Below are positions 12,713-24,700 of a stretch of 64,000 nt of DNA, in pieces. Position 1 is the stretch's first letter, and each line of letters opens with the position of its first letter. The position numbers and the translations under genes are program-made. The notes under the pieces were generated by a model. The model was given only the letters and a program-made list of their open reading frames with translations. It was not told the origin of the DNA and ran no database searches. Source of the stretch: Phoronis australis (taxonomy: Eukaryota > Animalia > Phoronida); assembly GCA_002633005.1 (NCBI GenBank), contig NMRA01000120.1:253056-317055 (forward strand), read 5' to 3'.

Positions 12713-15700
12713 CTACAAACAGTAATAATGTGACTTCGATTTTTTAGCTTGGTGGTTTGAGATCAGTTTCATGAGAAGTGACTTGAGAATCATGTCAAAA
12801 TTTTGATCTTATGCTCCACACCATTTTTTATGAAAATTAATTACATCTCACTTAAGCAAAAATAAAAAGTCTCTGAGATTATGCTCACGACTTCTAGTCA
12901 CTGAAATACTGCATAAACAATTTCTAAGCTGTGATGTGCAAATAACAACATGGCTAAACCTTTATTCAGTAGTTATGAAGCAGGAGCAAAAGGCTAAATT
13001 TCTGTATTAACTCTAAAGTCAGTTGCCATGAAACTGACACCAGAGGGCGTGTTGTGAACATGAATAAAGCTGTATTTTGTGCTGTTTCGGCAAAATAGTT
13101 TACTTAGTAATTCATGGCTTGGAATGACACAATAAAAAGAGGAAAATTTTCCAGGTGATGTATCGTTCTACAAATAAATAGAGTCATGTGATAGAAATAT
13201 TATTCGTGTTGTAAAATTTAAATTCAAGAAATGTTTTTGCCAAAATAAAAGTCAAAATAATGAGAAAAAGAGAAGAAAAAAGAAAAACTGGAAATCAAAT
13301 AAGAGGAAATCAAAACCAAAAAATCCTCTTAAAAGAAGAAAATTCCAAGCCCTGGTAATTTCACACAAAGACAGCTATTAAATATTTTGATTTAACGTTT
13401 AAGCTATGTATCATAAAAATGGAGTTATGAAATAAGGGAAATTAACACTAATTTATTTCTTGTTGTTGTCCATGGTTACGCTGTAGTTAGAATGGGCTCG
13501 CGTGTGTTAATTTTGCCTCAATAAGCCGATGCAGCAGCATTTAATACAACTTCAACTGAATACAGAGATAACAAAGATACATGTACAGATTGCTATACCG
13601 AGAGAAAATACACTCGAACGCATTAAGGTTATACAGGGCCTTATTTTAGCCAAATAGTTTTAAATGATACATTTTAACTTGGTAAAGTGTATATAATTAT
13701 GAATTAAAGTTGAAAGCCTGTGAAATTTGATTTTTTGCCTTGTGCTACTCTTAACATTAATTGAGTCGAGTGCACATATGTTTTAGTAAAATTTCAGGGA
13801 GAAGAAAGGTATACATTCTGACAATAACTTCAAGGGTAAATTCCATTTAATATAAATGTTCAAACTAAAATTTCAAAAACACTGTTACAGCTTTCTAAAT
13901 TCATCGTTTCATTTTTATGCAAAATTCTGAATGATTTTTTCAGACAAAACAATAAAACTCCTACTTTTGATAGCCCTTCAGGCAAAAGTGGAACATAAAA
14001 GAAAGATAACAAACAATGTTGAGGAGAACAGTACGTAAAGCAATTGTATGAAAGTAAAACAAGAGCATTGAAATGCACCCACAAATGCATTGCAAATGGT
14101 GTGCCTTTAGGGTTTATTTGTATGATAAGAATGGCCACTAGATGGCGCAAAAACGTCCAATCAATCCATAACGGGAACATGTCATTACTTCTTCAATAGA
14201 AAGCTATTCACCAAATTCCATAAAACTCTGCCAAGGAACTTCAGAGAAACAAAGGAAAACGGAATAAAATGAAATTGCCAGCATTTGTTGGATCCGCTTG
14301 AAAGTCGTCATCATCTGTTGTTAGCTTCTGTGCAGTGGGTTTAGGATATACAGCTATGGGCGCAAAACAAAACAATACAAAACTACCACTAGGAGGCGCA
14401 ACAGTAGTTTAAGTCGTCCTTGTCAACAGTCCTCTTCACACTGAAAACATGTATGCCAATTTTCAAAACCATCCTGAGAATGGTTTGGTTGATAGAGGGG
14501 TGAACACCAGAAAACAGCAAAAATGGCCACTAGGTAATGCAAAATACCTCAATTCCATCCGAAAACAGGATAGCATCATCTCACCAATAGATGCCTATAA
14601 TCCGAATTTTATGAAAATCCATTGAGGACCTTTATAGATACAGATATAAACATAAACATAAAAAACTAAAATTGCCACTAGGGGGCATACTGGCAGTCAG
14701 ATCTGTTCAAAAGTCGTCGTCGTCCATTGCGAACATCAACACACTTGCTAAATTCAGTAAAGATCCTGCAAACGGTTTAGGAGATACAGCTATGAACGCA
14801 AAAAAACAAAACTGCCACTAGAAGGTGCCACAGTAATCGAAGTCATTGGAAAATCATCAGATTTCCTGAACATAAATTTCAAGCACCGATTTGTTTGTAC
14901 AACAGACCACATTTACACTTCCTCCATCAGTCATACCAGTTTGTTTGCGTAAAGCGCTGCCTGTTGAGACTTTGACCAGCCAATCAGAAATGCCGGTGTA
15001 AAAAATTTCCCAAGGAAAATTAAGTGATACCTGCATGCTGGCTACCGACCACCTAGCGGCACGCAGGGAACCAGCCAGCCTGCATGCCAGCATCATGCTT
15101 AAGTCATAGAGACATCTATTGGTGATGACGGAAACTACTACTCTGCATTTGTATTCTCATTAGAAGAGTTGAAAAAAGTGTCACGAATGTAAAACGTCCC
15201 CACTGGAATGGCATCCTAAACATAAATGATGTACCTACATGTGTACGAGTAGTGGGAATCCAGGAATTCAACAAAATTAAGAAGTTGTGCCAACTTAGTG
15301 CAATTTCCGCTTGATGGTTAGTAGAAAAATGTCATACATTACCCACTCCAATAACTTTCACAAAAATAAGTTACAAAACTTCTTTTCGTCAAAAATCAGA
15401 AAAATAAAAAGCAAAAATTTGTGGCAAATTTTCATGAGTTATTTCTTTTGAGCGGTTTGGTTGATAGAGGGGTGGAAGCAAAAAACAGACTCGAAAACAG
15501 TTTTGGCCACTAGGTGGCGCAAACTACGTCGAATCCATCTGAAAATGGAAGGATAGCGTCATCTCACTGATAGGTGCCTACATATTAAATTTCATGAAAA
15601 TCTCTTAAGGACTTTTGAAGATACAAAGGAAAAAGTAAAAAAATAAAAATAAAATTGCCACTAGGGGGCACACCGGTAGTCGGATCCGTCCAAAAGTTGT

Positions 15701-18700
15701 CGTCGTCGTCTGTTGTTAACATCATATAAACACACTAACTAAATTTCGTAAAGATCCTGCGAACAGTTTAGGAGATACAGCCATAGGCGCAAAAAAAAAC
15801 AAAATTAGGATGCGCCACAGTAGTCGAAATCGTCGGAAAATCATCGTCAACCGTCCTCTTTATAGTAAGCACATACATGCCAATTTTCACAACCATCTTT
15901 TGAGCGGTTTAGTTGATAGAGGGGAGGACGCAAAAAACAAACCCGAAAAACAGTAAAAATGGCCACTAGGTGGAGTAAACTACGTCGAATTCATCCAAAA
16001 ACGGGAGGATAGCGTCATCTCACTAGTAGGTGCCTACATACCAAATTTCATGAAAATCCATTCAGGACTTTTGAAGATACAAAGGTAAGCGTAAAAAACT
16101 AAACTTGTCACTAGGGGGCACACTGGTAGTCGGATCCGTCCGAAAGTTCGCACATGCCGTCCCATTCATGAATGGAACATATGTGCCAAATTTCATGAAG
16201 GGTTTTGCAGATTGAGCAGTGGACGCCAGGCGGACGCTGCCCGGATGGACGGACGGACAAATGCAGGACGGAGACGACAGCATAATGCGTCCACATATAA
16301 ATATGTGGGCACATAAAAATAAAAAAGAAACCAGACAAATATTTAGCAGTTGAAAATAAGAAAAGTTTTCTTTGGAAGTTGTAATTACGTTCAATAAGAA
16401 GAGATTTCATCAATGTAGTGCAGGGTATAGTACCTTAACAATATCCAATCCACCAATCAGGTCGCCTTTCACATAAAGCTGTGGGAACGTGGGCCAGTTG
16501 CTGTATTTTTTCAGACCCTGCCTCACTTCGTCGTCGGACAGAATGTCAAATGTGTCGTATTTTACACTGAATCAATAAAAGTACAAAACAGCTACACTTA
16601 AACGGATTAGAATACATACCCACAATCTGTCTAAGAAGGCTTATTTTCATTGAGACCAATTGCCACATTAAAATTGGTCCCATCTGGTTCCTAAATCAGA
16701 TGGGAAGCAATTTCTGGGTTTGCAAACAACTGACACTTGGTTATTCCTTAAGACCACGCTCATCACATAAAGTCATACACCACAACAAGCCAACTTGTAC
16801 AGTCTCATCTCAAGCAATATCCAAGTGTTAGTTATATCAAAGCCACTTGAGGTTCAAACACAACAATATCACCCACTCATGTCACCAATAATGTTTACAT
16901 CACAAGAAACCAACAGAATCATGCACAACTTAGCACAGTCAGGAAAATCTATCTATTACCTAGAATTTTTAGATGAAATTCATTATAAACATGCATGTGC
17001 CAATCACAAAATGAACTTTGTTTTCAGCTTTCACTCAATAACCCCAAGACCACCATCTACAGACAACTGCGTTCACTCTTGCAGACCTCTGCTGTGCTAC
17101 AAAGATGTTGTAAAGCCAAACCTCAAAGCTTGTCAAACTGACCAATGAGCCTTGCAGCTGCAGTTATATGACAGAGTCTGCTTGAGGCAAGCATGCAATA
17201 AAGCAGTCTCAAAATGTGAAAACGACAGACAAGACATAAACCACGTAAGAAGAACTGTATGAAAAAACAGAGCTCCAGGACCACCACATGCTACCTATAA
17301 CTGCACCAATGAGTTTGTTACCTTCGTATTATCCTGCTATCTCTTACCACGAGTGAAAGAGCCTAACTTTAAGTAGATGTCTGCCAAGCACTCATCCAGT
17401 GTTCGTGGTGGGAGATTATACTTAGACTGTGTGACCCATTCATGGAAGATACAATAGCACTACATGGCTGCAAACACTCCTTTATGTTCACAACTTACCC
17501 AGTCTGGTTAAGTATTCCTATCATTGTATTACTGAAGCCGCAACGAGGAGTGGATGCGTTGCCCTTCATAAACAGCATAACTTCAGATTGGTTTATTAAT
17601 GACTTTAGTCTGCAAGGAAACACAACAGAGGCATCTAATCAAGTAAGAGTACACTTAGCAGGCAACAACAGCATAAAATTCCGTCATTACAGTTATACAG
17701 ACAACGATTTATGCTTCCACTCAGATGCTATGATGGGGAAATCTGCCAGCACTGAGTCATGATGAGGGGGAATCCAGGAGTTAACTTTGTCTCGATTATT
17801 TGTATTAATATGCAAAAATGTTTAAAACGTGTTCATGCCCGTTATCTTTAATTCACAAAATCTTTGACTTCTAGATTTCACCAACATATAATGAGTCGAG
17901 TTACAATTGAGTTGTATTTGCAATGTTGAGAAGAGTTCAGTGACACTAAGCACCAAAAGTTGCTTTGTACTACCAGCACCCATATAACATTACAAAGTTT
18001 TATGTCACATTTACACTCTCATGACATATTACTGCAAGTCAGGAACAGCTGGCGCTTTAAATTATGAATAACACAATGTAATAATATGTACATACCTATC
18101 ATCTAACGACTTTTCCTCAGGAAGTTGAGATTTCAGTTCACCTGTGTCTGCCAGTTCCTTGACAATATCCAAACCTCCCAGCAGCTCTCCATTTGCATAG
18201 AGTTGTGGGAACGTGGGCCAGTTGGAGAACTTTTTCAAGCCTGGAAAGTCATTGAACATACGACAGTCATCAAAAAAATACGCTTTTCAATCAGAAGTCA
18301 CTCTGACAAGTAACACTATGCCTTATCCTTTGACACATTTCATGCAACAAGTATTGAGTGAAAGGAAATCAAATGACTTTGTGTTATTACACAATAACAC
18401 TATTTAGACATGGATTAATTAACAAGTTAATGCACGGAGCAGAAAGTTTTTTAAGGCAAAGAGCACAGATATGGTAATTCCAATAAACCACAGGCACACA
18501 TGCCTTTCCGCAAAAATTAAAACTTAAATATACAGCAAAGGAAGTGAATATTCAGCTCTTACTTTTGCTCAAGTATACTTTGTATTTGTTTGATGTTGTC
18601 CAGTATATTTCTAAAATTGTATGTAAATGTAGAAAACAGCTAGTTACTTACTTTGAATGATTTCTTATTAAAATGATAAAATTTAATACCAGCCCCACCC

Positions 18701-21700
18701 AAAAGCAACAGCAGAGCGGGGCCTTCAATATTAATAGAGGGGGGCCCACTTTTGAAGCTCAAAATTGAATTTCGTGCCTATGTCATTTTAATAAGAAGTC
18801 ACTTAATACAACAAACTGTTAGAATTGTAATACTCATCAGTGTACATTTTACTGTTAACATTAAAAAATAAAGCACAGAATGTAAAACTCTTGCAGTCAC
18901 TTTTTCTTTTTTGCTTAAACTCGTAGTGAGCATCAAACCTTACCTTGTCGGACGTCATCATCAGTCAGAATATTAAAGGTGTCAAACTTAACACTGTTGT
19001 CACTCAGAAGCTGCACAATCTGTCGGCTGAATCCTGTACAAAGAAGGCAAATGATAACAAGCCCACTAGTACTTGAAAAACAATTTTTGAGTCAATCTAG
19101 ACGATTTTATTGAGGTTTCAACACAAGGAAGACAGCAAAACACTCAATGCTTGTTTAGGAAAAGTAAAGAGGAAATTTTTATTACACCCAAAGCATTGTG
19201 TCCCTTTTATGATTTTTACTGCTCAACGGCACATGTGTGCAGGAATTTAACACCTATTTATGAAATTCACAAGCTTAGTAAAAAGCTCGTCCAGAACAAG
19301 AATCTCTAAGTCAACTGAATAAAGAAATATCACTGCAGTCATTACATAATAAGTTAACATGTTTCAGCAATTAACACCGTAAAACAATAACATACAGTAC
19401 AAGACACAGGATATCAAACAATAACATATAGTACAAGACACAGGATATCAAACAATAACATACAGTACAAGACACAGGATATCAAACAATAACATATAGT
19501 ACAGTCATGACAGCTAATTCTGTTAACAGCAAAAATTGATGGTTACAACAATTAGGGAGAGAAAAATGTTATTTCCCCTTCATTCTTGGTCATGAGAAAA
19601 GACAGCTCTAACGGTGCATTTGGTTTCCGCCCGGCTGGCATTGCGAGGAATTCCAGGTCATTTTGTCGGAATACTTTGCCTTTTACTATACATTCAGGAA
19701 TGTATGACACTCTATTGAGCTGGGCTGTAAGTCAACGGCTACATACACAAAAAAACTCTGTGCTCTTCACTTTTAATACAGTAATTACATAATATCATTG
19801 AACCATTGGAGCCCAAAACTGAATAAATGTGACAAGACATACCACATCTGGGTTCCTCAGGTGTTCCTTTCATGAACAGCATCACAGGAGACTTCTTCAC
19901 CAACTTCTTCAACCTGTCATCCAGACTTGCCTTCTGAATGAAACCAAAGGGAAGACAGGGTCAGTACACATTATACAAACAACTGTAAGATAATGTCTTG
20001 GTAAGAATCTTGGTGACTAGATTAAATCAGATTTCCATTACTCATTTAAGCAACACTTTCTTTCTGACTAACGGCTTAAATACGAAATCAAGCTGAACTC
20101 AAAGACATCCCAGCCTTGATAGCATTTGTTCCCACAATTATTAAGAATTAACACACAACCTGTAACTGAAATGAAGTAATCGAGTTCGGAAGGGCTGACC
20201 CCTCTGTGGTTTTTCTGACTAGTAAATGCTCTGGAGGTTTTTGTGGTAAAGGAAATGAATGATGTTGTAAAGGTGTATGACTGAGTTTTGACCTTAGCTT
20301 ACCAGACTATTGAAAGTAAGGAGATGCTGTTGTAAGTAAAATATGAATCACAAGAAGCTGATCAATTACTATAATAATAAGTGATTTTGAACCAAATAAA
20401 TAACGCTTTGATGACACAATGCTCTTCACATAGTTAAGAGACGTGTTGAAGAACGCTCAAAACAAAATCGCCACACTAAACCATATGTCTAAAACCACTT
20501 TAACGTAACTCAACAAGGCGACCAGCCGGCGACCAAGAAACTTATAACCAGTTGCATGGCATGCTTAGAATAAACAATCACATAACACAATAGCTATTTT
20601 CTGACACAGCAGTGACATGATGAATGGGATATTTCATATCCTTTTTATAAATTCTTTTTCTACCTTCACGCCGTCAGTAGCCGCTGTTGTGCGGTAGTAT
20701 GTTCAAACGATTCACATAAAAACGTCCAACATCTTAAAATGTCTGGGATTGAAATTTTGCCCATGTCAGCTTGGCCCAACTTGCGCACCAGAATTAGAAA
20801 TTGGGACAAACGAGCTTCTTTTGTGCTTTCACAATGATAAAGAGTTGTATGTAGGATGTTTCCTATTGGTCTTTTATCAGGTAGAGCCTCAAGTGAAGCT
20901 CAGCGTTCTAGGATCCTGGTACAAAGCACTCAAATACACAAAATGACACACCAAGGATTCTCGTCTCACCTTGCTGTCTACCTGCAAAGACCCCACTCAC
21001 CTGTTGGCCCATCTGGGGCGCAGACACTGCCCCGGATACCCCACAGTGACGCTTCACCTTCTTAGACAACTCGGGCACGTTAGCACCATCAAGCCTGTCT
21101 ATCGGCTTTTTGTCCTGCAATAAACAAACAAACAACTTCCTTNCATGCTTAGAATAAACAATCACATAACACAATAGCTATTTTCTGACACAGCAGTGAC
21201 ATGATGAATGGGATATTTCATATCCTTTTTATAAATTCTGTTTCTACCTTCATGCTGTCAGTAGCCGCTGTTGTGCGGTAGTATGTTCAAACGATTCACA
21301 TAAAAACGTCCAATGTCTTAAAATGTCTGGGATTGAAAGAAATTGAGTTTTACCCATGTCAGCTTGGCCCAACTTGCGCACCAGAATTAGAAATTGGGAC
21401 AAGCGAGCTTCTTTTGTGCTTTCACAATGATAAAGAGTTGTATGCAGGATGTTTCCTATTGGTCTTTTATCAGGTAGAGCCTCAAGTGAAGCTCAGCGTT
21501 CTAGGATCCTGGTACAAAGCACTCAAATACACAAAATGACACACCAAGGATTCTCGTCTCACCTTGCTGTCTACCTGCAAAGACCCCACTCACCTGTTGG
21601 CCCATCTGGGGCGCAGACACTGCCCCGGATACCCCACAGTGACGCTTCACCTTCTTAGACAACTCGGGCACGTTAGCACCATCAAGCCTGTCTATCGGCT

Positions 21701-24700
21701 TTTTGTCCTGCAATACACAAACAAACAACTTCCTTCTCAGCATGCAGTGTTCTCACCCTGTTTTGTAGGTTTAGTCACGGCGTAACATGAAAGAGAAGAT
21801 CACCAAGCAAACACATTAAGTCAACTTGTTAATGTGCTTAAAACCACCATTCATCTTGTTTTGACTAATAGTGAGTACATTGTCAACATCATTATACCTT
21901 CTTTCTAGCACTGCATATCAGAATCATGAATTCAATATACCAAAAAAAAAACAATGAAATACAAGAGCAACAGCTTCAATTTTCAAGTTTCTTATCTCCA
22001 CGGTCATGAGTGTGACGTATAAACGGACCCAACGCCAGTATGTCATGTCCAGCAACACGTGAATTTCTTGTATGAACTTGTGCCATATCCGCACTTCTCC
22101 AATGTCCCGTGGCGAAGTGAAGAGCCACAGCGTGGTCACACTAATTTGTCATAACCACCACAAATGCAAAGCCTTTCCATTCCTTATTACACCCTAAACC
22201 GTGGAGAAAATGCGCAGCAATATTTGACGACTTTTCACACTAAACACAACTAAGGATGACTAGTACTGTGATTGGTTGTCCTGGTCGTATGTCGTGTGCT
22301 TCGACCAATGAATTCCTTTAACTCGACTTAGCTAATTAACATATTCTCAGATAGTGTTTGCAGATGTTCCATTTTGGCAGCTGATCGACTGATGGAGTTG
22401 TATTTGGTGTTACTGATATTAAATGAGTCATTCAAAGCACTTTAAGGTAAAATCTTACCAATTTAGAACCCAATATGACACATAAGTGAAATTTCACGTT
22501 TTCATTTTTCATTTAGATCAGTTAGTAGCACAAAACAGAGGCTTTGTCAATGTTACGTTCATGCAATAGCTGCCATAGGACAATATGTTGTGAAAATATA
22601 GGTATGCACAACAATGCTAGATGCTTTTGAAAAATAACAAATGCCCAATTTTTGGCAATTCTTCTCGTTTGAAATTGGTGAAATTACATCATAATCACAT
22701 ACAAGAATCAACAGGGCAAAATATTACCTTAATGAACACAAATGTTGGAACCGAGTTCACATCATACTTGTGGGATACCTCTGGCACAGACTCTGCCTCC
22801 AACTGAAACACATCAGCAATAATCCTTCATGCTCCACTGGTTGTCAAACAATATTCTATACTATAAAACAACAACTGTGGTAGTTTGAAAGGATCAAAAT
22901 GATTTGGTCACGAATCACAGAGGAAATTACGACTGAGAATTCGTAATCTTCTTCTTCTTCAGATCTTTTTCTTGGATACAGACAAATGTCAATACATTGA
23001 TGTCTCCAGTCTGTTGAAGTCCACATGAAGCTCACAACCACTATTCAAAATAAGTAACACACGTATATAACTATATGACTATGCACATCAGCTTAATAGT
23101 AGAGTCCATAGCTCCTCTAGGAAGGGCTGCTAGAGTAAGTAAGACCCTGTCACTAACACAAGTGTATTGCAGTACCTAATGAACTTCACCGTTATCAAGT
23201 TAATGTGTAGCAAGACACTTTTAACTGTGTAAGCTGAAAAACTGTGTTTGCCAAGAAAGTACGGATGATCCATGTCCCTAATTTTGAAAAGATTGAGATT
23301 GATGTCAAAAGTTAAGAAAATGCATATGGAGGAAAAATTGCTCTTGCCATCGATCAAGAACAGAAATTTCAATCAAACTATTCTGACAAGGTTCAAAATC
23401 CATTTTTCAGATGAAGCGGTGATAAATCTAGCACTCCTGATTCAAACGCAAACGCAGAGTACACAGTAAATCACAGTTGCTATAAATCTGCCTTCCAGCA
23501 CAACTAAAACAACGTTTCGCGTCTCAAACAAGCAGTGATAACAGGACTTGGAAAGACGTGAGAGATGGTTATTGCTGGAGACCAGGCTTGATGACAGAGC
23601 GACTAAATTTGACAAGTCAACTTGTTGAGCATAGAGTCAAGCAAAAACGAACAGTCCATTGTTCCCTAGTCTATTAAAATATATACAATACAAGATAAAA
23701 GTAATCAGACAAAATTCGGTTTCCCAGTCATGTCAGGTAATTCTGATGTTCATCAAAAATTACTGGTATTGATAATAAAGGCAGTAAAATTCTAATTATA
23801 GAGATACCTTAGCCACCTCAACATTCTCATTTGTTCCTCTTCATTCTGAGACTTGAGGGAAGACTACGCTGACGACCAATTTGGCTTCTGCCCAGCCGTC
23901 ATGACAGGGAATTCCGGGTCATTTTGTTTGAATACTTTTGACTTGTACAGTTGTACAAACACTAACACTCACTGCCCGCCAGACATGCCATAGGTCTTAC
24001 CGTAACAAACTTGACATTGTTANTTGAGATGAGGTTAATGTGGGGGGACCATGAGAGGTTTTTGTCAACAGTAATACCAAGGAAAGGAAAACTGCTCACA
24101 TGATTTATTTTTTTGCTATTTATATAGATGGTGGGAATAATACATTTTTCAATTTTCTTTTGGGGGTAGTGGAAAGACGTGAGAGATGGTTATTGCTGGA
24201 GACCAGGCTTGATGACAGAGCGACTAAATTTGACAAGTCAACTTGTTGAGCATAGAGTCAAGCAAAAACGAACAGTCCATTGTTCCCTAGTCTATTAAAA
24301 TATATACAATACAAGATAAAAGTAATCAGACAAAATTCGGTTTCCCAGTCATGTCAGGTAATTCTGATGTTCATCAAAAATTACTGGTATTGATAATAAC
24401 GGCAGTAAAATTCTAATTATAGAGATACCTTAGCCACCTCAACATTCTCATTTGTTCCTCTTCATTCTGAGACTTGAGGGAAGACTACGCTGACGACCAA
24501 TTTGGCTTCTGCCCAGCCGTCATGACAGGGAATTCCGGGTCATTTCGTTTGAATACTTTTGACTTGTAGAGTTGTACAAACACTAACACTCACTGCCCGC
24601 CAGACATGCCATAGGTCTTACCGTAACAAACTTGACATTGTTATACTGAGCGTCCTTCGCCAGTTCCGTCATGGCTATATTCATATCCGCACACTGGGGG

